The notes below the pieces were generated by a model. The model saw only the letters and a list, made by a program, of their open reading frames with translations. It was not told the DNA's origin and did not search any database. Below are positions 19,284 through 29,399 of a stretch of DNA of 64,000 nucleotides, in pieces. The position numbers and the translations under genes were made by a program. Position 1 is the stretch's first letter; every line of letters starts with the position of its first letter. The DNA is from an uncultured delta proteobacterium (lineage in GTDB: Bacteria; Myxococcota_A; UBA9160; SZUA-336): assembly GCA_963704165.1 (NCBI GenBank), contig CAVPHD010000007.1, positions 128,001 to 192,000 of the forward strand, read 5' to 3'.

Positions 19284-20353
19284 ATCCCGGTGAGGCCGCG
19301 ATAGAGCGCGCGGAGTTGCAGCGCGGAGGCGTCCCAGGACATCGCGTGCGCGCGTCGAAGGCCGCGAGCGCGCAGATCGGCTCGGAGCGAATCATCGAAC
19401 GCGGCGCGGCGAAGCGCGTCTCCGAGCGCCTCGCTCGAGCGGGCATCGACGAGCAGGGCGGCGTCACCCACGACCTCGGGCAACGAGGCCGCATTCGAGC
19501 ACACGACCGGAGTTCCGCACGCCATCGCCTCGAGAGCGGTCAAGCCGAAGCCCTCGTACAGGCTTGGAACGGCGCAGACGCGTGCGGCGCCGATCAGTGC
19601 GATCAGATCGTCCTCCGGAACGCCGGTCATCCGAGTGGTCCGCGCGCGCATGCCGGTCCGGTCGAGCGCGGCCTCGACCTCGGCTCCGCCGTCGCTGGCC
19701 CGACCGACGAGCACGAGATGAAGCGCCTCCAGGTGCGCGACCGCTTCGATCAGCGTCGCGAAGTTCTTTCGCGGGGTCAGAAGCCCGATCGAGATCACGT
19801 AGTCGCCGTACTTCGCGCGTATCGGCTCCAAGGTCTCGGCCGGGAGCGGGCGGAACCGCGAGGTATCGACGCCGAGCAACACCGGGTGCACGCGCTCGGC
19901 GGGCAGGTGGTAGTGCTCGCGGATCTCGTTCGCGGTGAACTCGCTGTAGGTCATCACGTGATCCGCACGCTCGATTGCGGTGGCGAGCTTCGAACTTCTT
20001 CGCTCGTGCCACGACGGTGTCACCCAGGCGGGATTTCGTACCGCGTTCAAGTCGTGGATCGTGACGAGCTTGGTCATGCGCGGGGTACGCGGAAGGTACG
20101 GCGCCATCGAGTGCAGGAGGCGTGCGCCGCGCAGCGCGAACGAGTTGAGTGGACCGGTGAGCACGCGCGAGTACGCATTCGGTGCGCTCGCGTGCCAGGC
20201 ATTTCGGCGCCGCCAGCGAGTCACGCGATGGCAGAGCGCGTACCGGGTCTTGTGATCCTGCATGAGCAGGGCACTCGTGAGTGCTCGGATCGTTCCCCCG
20301 ACGCCACCGAGAGGTGGACGCCCCGCGGCCGAGCTGACCTCGAGAGCAATCAC
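19280..20353 (-). CDS. Glycosyltransferase family 4
   Basis: VTIHDL, PRKN, PSLYEGFGLTALEAMACGTPV, SLPEVVGDA. Confidence 0.92.
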   Translation of the reverse strand: MIALEVSSAAGRPPLGGVGGTIRALTSALLMQDHKTRYALCHRVTRWRRRNAWHASAPNAYSRVLTGPLNSFALRGARLLHSMAPYLPRTPRMTKLVTIHDLNAVRNPAWVTPSWHERRSSKLATAIERADHVMTYSEFTANEIREHYHLPAERVHPVLLGVDTSRFRPLPAETLEPIRAKYGDYVISIGLLTPRKNFATLIEAVAHLEALHLVLVGRASDGGAEVEAALDRTGMRARTTRMTGVPEDDLIALIGAARVCAVPSLYEGFGLTALEAMACGTPVVCSNAASLPEVVGDAALLVDARSSEALGDALRRAAFDDSLRADLRARGLRRAHAMSWDASALQLRALYRGLTGI

Positions 20354-20362
20354 CCTGACAAA

Positions 20363-21131
20363 CTAACTCGACTCACTCAGAAGTACAGGCAAGAGCTTTC
20401 CGATCGGCCCTCGTACGATGGCATCGGCGATCTCATCCATCTCGGTGGGATCACGATTGACGATGACGACCCTGGCCCCGGCGCGCTTGGCGACCGGGAC
20501 GATACCCGCGATCGGAAAGACCGAGAGCGTGCTGCCGATCGCGAGCAGGAGGTCGCAGCTCTCGGCCGCAGATTCCGCGCGCTGCAGGTCGTGTGCGACG
20601 AGGTTCTGGCCGAACGAGATCGTCGCGGACTTCAGGATGCCACCGCAGCTCCGGCATTCGGGATCGTCCTCGCCAGCGCGCACGCGAGCGAGCGCGCGCT
20701 CCATCGGAGCGCGTTCGCCGCAGCCCAGGCAGGTGACCTCGTGCACCGTGCCGTGGATCTCGACGATGCGTTCGGGCGAGGAGCCCGCGGCCTGATGCAG
20801 GCCGTCGACGTTCTGAGTGATCAGCGTGTGCAGTCGCCCGGTCTGCTCGAGCGCGGCGAGCGCGAGGTGACCGGCGTTCGGCCGAGCCTGCCACGCGGGT
20901 GATTCCAGCCGATTCCGCCAGGCGCGCCGGCGTACTTCGGGATCGGCGACGTAGTGGGAGAGGGTCGCCATCTTCTCGGCGCCTGGGTTCCGGGTCCAGA
21001 CGCCCTGGGGTCCGCGGAAGTCGGGGATGCCCGACTCGGTCGAGATGCCCGCACCCGTCAGGACGACGATCCGCCGGGCGTCGGCGATCCAAACCGGCGA
21101 CCTCTCGCAGGTCCGAGTTCGCGTCGCGCAT
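20363..21131 (-). CDS. cobB: Sir2/CobB family NAD-dependent protein deacylase (probable +1 error near 21091)
   Basis: LTGAGISTESGIPDFRG, ITQNVDGLHQ.AG, EIHG, CxxC...CxxC zinc site, IGSTL.V.P. The plausible N-terminus MRDANSDLREVAG is in the neighbouring frame. Confidence 0.92.
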
Positions 21132-21189
21132 CGATTCATTCTCGCACGCACTGGCGCGCCGTGACGAGATTCTCCTACGATCCGGTTCC

Positions 21190-21765
21190 ATGAACGAAGC
21201 CCCGACGTCGTACCACTCTCCGAAGCTCGAGCCTCGGCAGATCGACGGAAAGGGTGGCCGTGCGCTCGTCGTTTGGGAGCCGATCGAGAAGGGCGAGCTC
21301 GTCGTCGTCTGGGGTGGCGAGGTCGTACACGCCTCGCGGATCGACGCGCTCTCGCCTGCGGAACGGCTGCTGACGATCCAGGTCGAGGAGGATCTGTACC
21401 TGGTCTCGGGTCGGGACGGCCCGGCGGACTGGGTGAACCACTCGTGCGATCCGAACTGCGGGCTGTCGGGGCAGATCGCGCTCGTCGCCATGCGTCGGCT
21501 CGAGCCCGGTGAGGAGGTCTGCTTCGACTACGCGATGAGTGATGGATCGTCCTACGATCAATTCACTTGCGGCTGCGGCACGAGCCGCTGCCGGGGTCGG
21601 ATCGGCGCGGACGACTGGAGTCGCCCGGAGCTCTGGAAGCGGTACCGCGGGTACTTCTCACCGTATCTTCAGCGCCGCATCGACGCCAAGCTGGCGGCGA
21701 AGCGGCGGTTGCGGTCTCATAGCGACGGGAATCGAGAGGTGAGGCGAGAGGGGAGGCGAACGTGA
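21190..21765 (+). CDS. SET domain protein-lysine methyltransferase with post-SET cysteines
   Basis: GKGG, NHSCDPNC, GEEVCFDY, CGCGTSRCRG. Confidence 0.92.
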   Translation: MNEAPTSYHSPKLEPRQIDGKGGRALVVWEPIEKGELVVVWGGEVVHASRIDALSPAERLLTIQVEEDLYLVSGRDGPADWVNHSCDPNCGLSGQIALVAMRRLEPGEEVCFDYAMSDGSSYDQFTCGCGTSRCRGRIGADDWSRPELWKRYRGYFSPYLQRRIDAKLAAKRRLRSHSDGNREVRREGRRT

Positions 21766-22901
21766 GCGATCCAGTCCAGGAGTACGACGGCGCGATCGAC
21801 CGCGGGCTCGAGGGCGTCGTCACGTGCACGACCTCGATCAGCACGATCGAGGGCTCGACGCTGCTGTATCGGGGCTTCACGATCGAAGACCTCGCAGCGA
21901 ACGCGACCTTCGAGGAGGTCGTCTACCTGCTCTGGTACGGGTGGCTGCCGACTCGGCGCGAGCTGGAGGAGTTCTCGACCGACCTCCACCACAGCATGGC
22001 GCTGCCGCCCGAGTCTTTCGGCTGGTTCCACGGGCTCCCCACGCGCGTGCACCCGATGGACTTCCTGCACGCCGTGATCGCCGGGCTGACGCTTCACGAT
22101 CCCGACGCGAACCTCGTGAACGCCGCCGCGACGCTGCGCAAGTCGACGCGCCTGGCCGCCCGGGTGGGCACGATCGTCACCGCCTACCAGCGCGTTCGCA
22201 GCGGCCAGTGGCCGCTGCAGCCGCTTCCCGACAAGTCCATCGCCTGGAACTTCCTGTACATGCTGAAGGGCGAGGAGCCCGACGAGAAGGAGGTCCGGCG
22301 TTTCGACACCTGCCTGATCCTGCACGCGGATCACGAGCTGAACGCCTCCGCGTTCTCGGCGCGTGTCACCTCGAGCACCCTCTCGGGGATCTACTCGAGC
22401 GTCATGGCCGCGATCGGCACGCTGAAGGGACCGCTCCACGGCGGCGCGAACGAGCAGGTCGCGCGGATGCTGCTCGAGATCAAGTCTCCCGATCGGCTCG
22501 AAGCGTGGCTCGAAGCCGCGCTCGCATCCGGCGAGAAGATCATGGGCTTCGGACATCGCGTGTACAAAGAGGGCGACCCGCGCGCGAAGATCCTGAAGGT
22601 GATGAGCCGCGAGATCACCCAGGAGGTCGGGCATCCGGAGCTCTACGAGATGAGCGCCCGTCTCGAAGATCTGATGGGCCAGCGCAAGGGATTGATCTGC
22701 AACGTCGATTTCCACTCGGCCGCGGTCTACTACTGCATGGGCATTCCGATCGACCTGTTCACACCCGTCTTCGCGACCAGCCGCATTGCCGGATGGTGCG
22801 CGCACGTGCTCGAGCAGTATCAGAACAACCGGATCTACCGGCCGCGAGGGAAGTACGTCGGACCCAAGGGAGAGGTCTACACCCCGATCGACGAGCGCTG
22901 A
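21762..22901 (+). CDS. Citrate synthase (short type; citrate/2-methylcitrate synthase family)
   Basis: GLEGVV, ILHADHELNAS, GPLHGGANE, MGFGHRVYK..DPR, NVDF, SRIAGW.AH, RPR..YVG. Confidence 0.95.
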   Translation: MSDPVQEYDGAIDRGLEGVVTCTTSISTIEGSTLLYRGFTIEDLAANATFEEVVYLLWYGWLPTRRELEEFSTDLHHSMALPPESFGWFHGLPTRVHPMDFLHAVIAGLTLHDPDANLVNAAATLRKSTRLAARVGTIVTAYQRVRSGQWPLQPLPDKSIAWNFLYMLKGEEPDEKEVRRFDTCLILHADHELNASAFSARVTSSTLSGIYSSVMAAIGTLKGPLHGGANEQVARMLLEIKSPDRLEAWLEAALASGEKIMGFGHRVYKEGDPRAKILKVMSREITQEVGHPELYEMSARLEDLMGQRKGLICNVDFHSAAVYYCMGIPIDLFTPVFATSRIAGWCAHVLEQYQNNRIYRPRGKYVGPKGEVYTPIDER

Positions 22902-22977
22902 GGGCGGCGGGATCTCGAGTCCGGAGCGAGCCAGCAAGGAGTCGATCGCCGCTCAGCTTCTGCGCGGAGCCTGGCGG

Positions 22978-23160
22978 TTGATCGTGCTCGTCGTTGGTGG
23001 GACGGTCTTGCTGATCGGCGTCGCGATGGTCGTCCTGCCCGGGCCCGCGTTCGTCGTGATTCCCGCGGGTCTGGCGATCCTGGCCACCGAGTTCGTCTGG
23101 GCGCGACGCCTGCTCGTACGCGTGCGCGACTACGCGCGCCACACGCTGGGCCGATCGTAG
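22978..23160 (+). CDS. Small PGPGW-type transmembrane protein (start uncertain, may extend upstream)
   Basis: GVAMVVLPGPAFVVIPAGLAILATEFVWARRLL. Confidence 0.7.
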   Translation: MIVLVVGGTVLLIGVAMVVLPGPAFVVIPAGLAILATEFVWARRLLVRVRDYARHTLGRS

Positions 23161-23167
23161 CTTCGAC

Positions 23168-24370
23168 CTAACGCGCCTCGATCCGCTGGCCCTCGCGCAG
23201 GTCGGGTGCGTCGCCGACGACGAGCGCCTCGCCGCCGGAGAGGCCCTCGACGACGTCCACCTGCTCACCTCGGGTCGTGCCCGTGCGAAGCGCCTGCCGG
23301 CGCAGGCGCCCTCCCGAGACGACCCAGGCGTAGGTTCCGTTCGCGTCGTTGCGGACCGATGATCCCGGCACGAGAACGAGTGCGGATCCGCCGGACTCCG
23401 CCGGTCGCTCGTTGCCGAGGAAGTGGACCCGCACGCTCATGTCCGGCAGCAGGGCCTCGTCCGGGCTCTCGAGCGAGACCTCGACTTTGAGCGTGCCCTT
23501 CTGGCGATTCACCTGCGGGTAGAGCTTCACGAGCTTCGCCGAGTAGGTCTTGTCCGGGTAGGCGTCGGGAACGACCTGGGCCTTCTGTCCGAGCGAGATG
23601 CGCGCGAGATCGGTCTCCGAGATGTCCACCTCGGCGCGAAGCTCGTTCAGATTCGCCATCCGGATCAGCTCGCCCGAACCCGCGAAGCCGCCGGGCACCG
23701 CGATCTCACCGACCTCCTTCAGCTTCGCGAGAATCACACCGTCGGTGGGCGCGCGGAGAACCGTGTAGTCGAGGTTCACCTGCGACTGGGCGATCTCCGC
23801 CTCGAGCTGTGCGATCTGCGCGCGATCCACGCGCAGCAGCGTGTTGGCCTGATCGAGATCCGCTTGCGATGCGTAGTTCTCCGCGCGGAGCTTGGCTTTG
23901 CGGTCGGCGTCGAGCCGGTGGAGCTGGGCATTCGCACGGACGACCTCGAGCCTCGCCCTCATGCTCTCGAGCGCGGCCCGGTAGTCGCGGTCGTCGAGCT
24001 GGACGAGCGGATCACCGGCCTTCACGCGATCCGATTCCTCGACGAAGAATTTCTCGATCCGTCCGGGTATGCGCGTGCCGACCGAGATGTACTTGTCGGC
24101 GGTGACGACGTAGCCGGAGCCCGAGAGCACCTGCGCGACCGGTGCGCGGCCGCCCGCTTCGACCCGGCTCGCGTAGGCGACCGTGACCTCCCGCGGGCTG
24201 CTCCGAAGCCACCAGGCCACGAGACCGAGCGCGATCGCGACGATGAGAGCGAGTCCGACGATCCACCCCCCGAGCGGTCGTCGGCTCGGAGGCCTCGAAG
24301 TCGACGTTCCGCGATCGATGCGGAGAGCCTGGAGATCGTCGCGGAGGTTTCGAGGTGCTTCGGCGGCCAT
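23168..24370 (-). CDS. MacA-like periplasmic adaptor subunit
   Basis: N-terminal TM, SGYVV, GRIEK..VEESDRV, LRAPTDG, PQVNRQKGT, LLPDMS. Confidence 0.9.
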   Translation of the reverse strand: MAAEAPRNLRDDLQALRIDRGTSTSRPPSRRPLGGWIVGLALIVAIALGLVAWWLRSSPREVTVAYASRVEAGGRAPVAQVLSGSGYVVTADKYISVGTRIPGRIEKFFVEESDRVKAGDPLVQLDDRDYRAALESMRARLEVVRANAQLHRLDADRKAKLRAENYASQADLDQANTLLRVDRAQIAQLEAEIAQSQVNLDYTVLRAPTDGVILAKLKEVGEIAVPGGFAGSGELIRMANLNELRAEVDISETDLARISLGQKAQVVPDAYPDKTYSAKLVKLYPQVNRQKGTLKVEVSLESPDEALLPDMSVRVHFLGNERPAESGGSALVLVPGSSVRNDANGTYAWVVSGGRLRRQALRTGTTRGEQVDVVEGLSGGEALVVGDAPDLREGQRIEAR

Positions 24371-24371
24371 G

Positions 24372-25550
24372 CTAGGCCCTCCGCAGTGCGTCGACGGGCC
24401 GCATGCGCGCGGCGCGCGCGGCGGGCGCGAGGCCGCCGAACACGCCGATCAGTGCCGACAACACGAGTGGCATCGCGAGGTCGGCCGGTGCGACGCGGAG
24501 TTGAATCACATTCGTCGTGAAGGTGGCCGCGCCGAATGCGATCCCGCCGAGCAGCCAGGAGATGAACAGGCCGAGCGCCCACGCGCCGATCGCTCCGATC
24601 GCGAAGGCGAAGAGCGCCGTCATGACGGACTCGAAGAGGAACGAGAACAGAATCGACGCGCGGGAGAAGCCGAGCGCGCGCAGCGTGCCGATCTCGGCGG
24701 TGCGTGACTGCACCGCGGCGTACATCGTGTTCGTCGCGCCGAAGATCGCCCCGACACCCGCGAGCACCGCCAGGCCGATCACGATGAAATACAGCGTGTT
24801 CGCCGACGCCGAGAGCGTCTGGTAGTAGTCGATCTCGCGCGTGGCCTCGAGTGCGTGCCGTGGATCGTCCCCGATGCGTCGCGCAAGCGCGTCCATGTCG
24901 GCCCCGGGCGCGACGCGCACCCGGAGGCCCGAGTAGGGCAGGGGGCGCTTCGCGTCGCTCGCGAGCTGGCGCGCGTCGACCCAGACCTCGCTCTCGAACG
25001 ACGAGCCTCCCGATTCGAGAATGCCGACGACCTTCCAGGTTCCGCGCCCGAACCGGAGCTCCGAGCCGAGCGACGCTCCCGCGTAGCGTCGCGCGACACC
25101 GCGGCCGACGACGGCCTCGCCGCTCGAGGGGTCGAACATGCGGCCCTCGACGATCGAGACTTCGTCGTGGACGAGCAGGGCCATCGGCTCCACGCCGCGC
25201 ACGAGCACGTTCTCGCGCCCACCGTCGGAAGTGGTGAAGAACGGCTGCACGACGAGCTCGGGCGAGATCATCGGGTTGCCCTCGGCATCGCGCGCGATTC
25301 CCTCGAAGAATCGAATCGCCTGGAGCGACTCGAGTGAGAGCTGACTCGAGCCGTCGTTCGAGGCTCCCTTGCGCATCACGATCAGATTTTCGGGTGACCC
25401 GGACGAGACCAGCGTTCGTTTCAGGCTGGCGATCAGACTCCAGAACAGGGTCGTGGCGATCACGACGAGGGCGATCACCGCGACCGTGAACGCCGTTCGC
25501 GTGCCACGCGCGATCAGGCTTCGCCAAGGATAGGAGAGCGGCAGGGCCAT
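24372..25550 (-). CDS. MacB/FtsX-like ABC permease
   Basis: NTMYAAVQSRTAEIGTLRALGF, ..ESV, PAARAARM; periplasmic core domain. Confidence 0.9.
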   Translation of the reverse strand: MALPLSYPWRSLIARGTRTAFTVAVIALVVIATTLFWSLIASLKRTLVSSGSPENLIVMRKGASNDGSSQLSLESLQAIRFFEGIARDAEGNPMISPELVVQPFFTTSDGGRENVLVRGVEPMALLVHDEVSIVEGRMFDPSSGEAVVGRGVARRYAGASLGSELRFGRGTWKVVGILESGGSSFESEVWVDARQLASDAKRPLPYSGLRVRVAPGADMDALARRIGDDPRHALEATREIDYYQTLSASANTLYFIVIGLAVLAGVGAIFGATNTMYAAVQSRTAEIGTLRALGFSRASILFSFLFESVMTALFAFAIGAIGAWALGLFISWLLGGIAFGAATFTTNVIQLRVAPADLAMPLVLSALIGVFGGLAPAARAARMRPVDALRRA

Positions 25551-25555
25551 GACGC

Positions 25556-26722
25556 CTAGAACACCTCGCGCAGCGATTGCGCGACGCTTCGCTTCGAAGC
25601 TCCGAGCGCGGGCAGCCAGCCGGAGACGATCCCGATGAAGAACGCGAGGAATACGGCCTGTACGAGGATCGCGTCGCTGACGACGAATCCCGTGAGAGGT
25701 CCGAGCTGCGCGCCCCCCGTGTCCGTGGTCGATCGAAGCATCGACGTCAACGCGAGCGAGAGCAGCGCGCCGACGGCACCCGCGAGGGTCGAGAGCAGGA
25801 CGGCCTCGGCGAGCAACGTCGCGAAGATCATGCGGTTGCGAAATCCGATCGCCTTCAAAATCGCGATCTCGCCCACGCGCTCGCGAACCGACAGGCTCGC
25901 GGTGTTCGCAGCGATGAAGACGATGCAGAGCGTGACGATGCCCGCGACGATCAGGATGACCGTCACGATTCCCTTCAAGTTGCCGAAGAAGTTCCCGAAG
26001 AAGCTCTTCTCGGTCTCGGACGCCGTCTCCGCCTCGCTGTTCCGAAACATCTCGTCGATCTGCCGCATGACCGGAGTCACGCGCTCGGGATCGTCGATTC
26101 GTGACCAGATCATGCCGGTCACGTCGAAGGCCGAGCCCGCCGACTGCAGGGCCTGCACCAGATACTCGCGTTGGAAGTAGAACTGCGGGGACTGCGCGTT
26201 CGGCACTTCGCCTACGATTCGGAACGACAGCTCGAGCGGGAAGACGGTGCTCTGGAGTGTGACGACGTCCCCGACCTTCCACCTCATCTTGTCGAGCGTG
26301 CCGCGGCCCACGAGAGCCGCGTCGCGATACCTCCGGAAGTCCGCGAGCGCATCGGGCGCGATCTTCCAGTCCTCGTAGACCCGGCCGAAGTCTTCCGGGT
26401 CGACGGCAAAGTTCGGGAACTGCACGCCCTTGGTCGGGTCCGCCGCGCCGCCGAACCACTGCCAGCTGACCGCGGCGACGACGCCCGGAATGCCGCGCAC
26501 CTTCTGCAGGTACGAGTACGGCATGCTGTAGACCATGCCCGCTTGATTGTGCGTCGAGATGCGGGTGTTCGAGGCGATCGAGGTCAGAAGACCGTCCATG
26601 CCGGCGGGCATCGTGCGCAGGATGCAGACGAGGGCGATCGCCAACGCGATCGCCGCGGCGGTGAGCAGCGAGCGGAGCTTGTTGCGCCCGAGATTCCGCA
26701 GGATGAACGGCAGGAACTTCAC
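25556..26722 (-). CDS. MacB/FtsX-like ABC permease
   Basis: [30 protein letters not shown]. Confidence 0.9.
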   Translation of the reverse strand: MKFLPFILRNLGRNKLRSLLTAAAIALAIALVCILRTMPAGMDGLLTSIASNTRISTHNQAGMVYSMPYSYLQKVRGIPGVVAAVSWQWFGGAADPTKGVQFPNFAVDPEDFGRVYEDWKIAPDALADFRRYRDAALVGRGTLDKMRWKVGDVVTLQSTVFPLELSFRIVGEVPNAQSPQFYFQREYLVQALQSAGSAFDVTGMIWSRIDDPERVTPVMRQIDEMFRNSEAETASETEKSFFGNFFGNLKGIVTVILIVAGIVTLCIVFIAANTASLSVRERVGEIAILKAIGFRNRMIFATLLAEAVLLSTLAGAVGALLSLALTSMLRSTTDTGGAQLGPLTGFVVSDAILVQAVFLAFFIGIVSGWLPALGASKRSVAQSLREVF

Positions 26723-27462
26723 CGCGATGCCGCCAGCTCGCGCGATCCGCCACCCGGTCGTGTCTCGAGCAGCACGCCCTTGTCGAGGTGGATCACCTCG
26801 TCCACCCATTTCTCGGCGCGTGGATCGTGCGTGACGATCACGACGGTCTTTCCGAAGTCGCGCTTCAGGGTCTGAAGCAGCGAGAGGATCTCCTCGGCGT
26901 TTCGCGCGTCGAGGTCTCCCGTCGGCTCGTCCGCGACGATCAGGTCCGCGTCGCTCACGATCGCGCGCGCGATCGCCACGCGCTGCTGCTCACCTCCGGA
27001 CAGCTGCCTCGGGAGGTGCGTCGCGCGTTCCTGCAGGCCCACGATCCGCAGCGCCGTCTCGGCGCGCTTGCGCCGCTCGGTGCGCGAGAGCTTCGTGAGC
27101 AGGAGCGGGAGCTCCACGTTCTCGACCGCCGACAGAACCGGGATCAGATTGAAGAACTGGAAGACGAAGCCGACCGTCCGCGCCCGGAACTCGGCGAGCT
27201 GGTCCTCGCTGAGTTCGTTCAGCCGATTCTCCCCGACGTTCACCTCGCCCGAGCTCGGCCGATCCAGTCCGGCGAGCACGTTCAAGAGCGTGGATTTGCC
27301 CGAGCCCGAGGGGCCCATCAGCGCGACGAAGCGACCTTTCGGTACGTGCAAGCTCACGTTCTTCAGCGCGTGGATCGCGTCCGCGCCGCGCTGATAGACA
27401 CGGGAGACGTCGAGAAGGTCGATCAAGGGCGACTCCTCGCCAGCTGCGAAGGGCCCGATCAT
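26719..27462 (-). CDS. ABC transporter ATP-binding protein (LolD/MacB-type)
   Basis: [41 protein letters not shown]. Confidence 0.95.
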   Translation of the reverse strand: MIGPFAAGEESPLIDLLDVSRVYQRGADAIHALKNVSLHVPKGRFVALMGPSGSGKSTLLNVLAGLDRPSSGEVNVGENRLNELSEDQLAEFRARTVGFVFQFFNLIPVLSAVENVELPLLLTKLSRTERRKRAETALRIVGLQERATHLPRQLSGGEQQRVAIARAIVSDADLIVADEPTGDLDARNAEEILSLLQTLKRDFGKTVVIVTHDPRAEKWVDEVIHLDKGVLLETRPGGGSRELAASR

Positions 27463-27507
27463 ATCGGATCGGACCCTCGGTCGCGCTGCCTCGGGAGTCC
27501 TCTGCCC

Positions 27508-29325
27508 CTACAAGCCGTGTCGGAGTTCGGTGACCACGCGAATCAGGCCGTCGAGCACACGACGGACGTCGCGGTCCACGGGAGGCGGCGTCCGTCGGGG
27601 GCCGTCGGGGTTCAGGTCCTGATGGTTCACGAACGCCGCGATCACGCGCATCAGCCCGTCGCACCCGAGCCTGCGCCGGTGGCGCAGAAGGCGATCCGTC
27701 GCGTACTCGGCACCGTCCCCGGTGATGCGCTCGCGTCGATTGATCACCGCGCTGCGATTCGCGACCTCGGCCAGGAGCTCGGGAAGTCCTCGGCGTTCGT
27801 GCCGCGAAGCGGCGCGAAGGAGTGCTAGGTACTCCCGTTGCAGCTCACGGGCGCGGCGCGCGCGTGTGGGTGTGCAGGCGCGATCCGCGCGCTTCGAGTA
27901 GCTCGAGCTCGCGAGCTCGACCAGCTCTCGCGCGCTCAGGTTCCGCTCCCCGCTCGCGAAGCGCCGTGTGAGCTCGCGCAGCAGGTCGCGGGTGCTGAAG
28001 ATCGCGTTCCAGGTCAGCCCGTCGGCGGCCTTCGACGGCCCGCGCAACGCGCGCGCTCGCTCGAAGTACGCGTGCGCGCGGCGCAGCCGCGCGAGCGTGG
28101 GAGCTCGCGTGCGCGCGATCCAGGCGCCGGTCGCGACGCTGAATCCGAGCTTGTGGACGAAGAGGCGCGTCTTGGTCGCTTCGAACTCCGCGTCGAAGAT
28201 GCGCAGCAGCGGGTCGCGTCGGAAGCTCGCGAGCGGGCGCTTGCGGCCGGTCGAGACGAAGTCGCGGATCTGCGCGAAGCACTGCGCGACGAAGCGCGCC
28301 TTCACGCGCTGTTCGGGAATGGTCGTCGACCAGCGATCGTCGTCGTCGAAGCGGTACTCGCGGTGGTACAGTCCGAACTGGCGCACCGACCCATAGTCGA
28401 TGATGCCGCCGTTCGCGAGTACGTTGTCGCCGTCCCAGTCCAGCCAGCAGAAGATGTACTCGCTCTCGAACGTCGCCGCGGCGCGCGCGAAGACGCGGGC
28501 GGTCTCTTCGGCCATGAATCGGATCCGCTCCGGACCGGGGGGAAGTTCCGGCCAGTCGCGATTCGCGATCTGGCGTTCGCAGAAGAGATCGACCGCCGCG
28601 CGGAGTCTCTCGAGATCGTTTTGCTTGAGCGGCGCGAACAGGTGCGAGGGCCGGATCAGATTCCGCCCGGCTCGCACGTTGATCGCTTGGCCGTTCGGAA
28701 GTGCGATCACGGCCAGCACGCGCTCGGTCTCGATGCCGTTGCGGTGGAAGGTTTCGGAGAGGAGAGCGGCGGCGATGCCCTCACCGAGCGCGGCGGTCCC
28801 GCAGCCATAGGAAGCCTGGTTGGATCCAGAACGGAAGAAGCGCCCCTCGATGGCCGTCGCCGGACACAGACGTGTGACGCCGGTTCCGCAGCTCGAAACG
28901 TCCCAGGTGATTCCCGCATGGCGGACCGTGCCGTTCCAGATGCTCCGTCCATCGCCGGAGGTCTTTCCGCTGCGCCCCGGGTGCTGGAGCTGCAGGTACC
29001 GCGTGGCCATGTACGACCCGGGCAGGCGCTCGCGCGCGGGCACCCGGACCCGGTGCAGATGATCCCACTCGTTGATGATCCGCAGCCCGAAGGTGCGCAG
29101 GATCGCGCGCTCGAGCTCGCGGTTCAGGCGCTCCGGGTGGCTTCGCGGGACGAGCCCCATCTCCTTCGCGAGCGGGAAATTGAAGAACGCCACCTGGCCG
29201 TTTCGGCGGCTTCGCGCCGAGTAGTCGACGAAGCCGCCGGGCACACGTCGCTTCCACGGGTGGGACCCGTCGATGCGCCCGAAGCGCGGATAACGGCGTG
29301 CGCGTGCGGCTCTTCCTGCGGCCAC
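27508..29325 (-). CDS. Divergent SelO/YdiU-like pseudokinase-fold protein
   Basis: SGDGRS and DWDGDNVLANGGIIDYGS resemble SelO GDGRA and NTDN...TIDYGP; E.FH..GI.TER.LAVI resembles E.M..LGIPTTR.L. Confidence 0.6.
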   Translation of the reverse strand: MAAGRAARARRYPRFGRIDGSHPWKRRVPGGFVDYSARSRRNGQVAFFNFPLAKEMGLVPRSHPERLNRELERAILRTFGLRIINEWDHLHRVRVPARERLPGSYMATRYLQLQHPGRSGKTSGDGRSIWNGTVRHAGITWDVSSCGTGVTRLCPATAIEGRFFRSGSNQASYGCGTAALGEGIAAALLSETFHRNGIETERVLAVIALPNGQAINVRAGRNLIRPSHLFAPLKQNDLERLRAAVDLFCERQIANRDWPELPPGPERIRFMAEETARVFARAAATFESEYIFCWLDWDGDNVLANGGIIDYGSVRQFGLYHREYRFDDDDRWSTTIPEQRVKARFVAQCFAQIRDFVSTGRKRPLASFRRDPLLRIFDAEFEATKTRLFVHKLGFSVATGAWIARTRAPTLARLRRAHAYFERARALRGPSKAADGLTWNAIFSTRDLLRELTRRFASGERNLSARELVELASSSYSKRADRACTPTRARRARELQREYLALLRAASRHERRGLPELLAEVANRSAVINRRERITGDGAEYATDRLLRHRRRLGCDGLMRVIAAFVNHQDLNPDGPRRTPPPVDRDVRRVLDGLIRVVTELRHGL

Positions 29326-29399
29326 CTGTGCTTCCTCGACGTCGCATCGGAGGAGTGCACGGGTGTCTTTAGGGTACGATGCGCACAGGAGGCGACGTC

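Noticed and set aside
20363..21131. Sir2 protein as an anti-phage (Thoeris/DSR-type) NADase
   Set aside because: It is a compact classical zinc-binding CobB-like sirtuin with no defence partners nearby.
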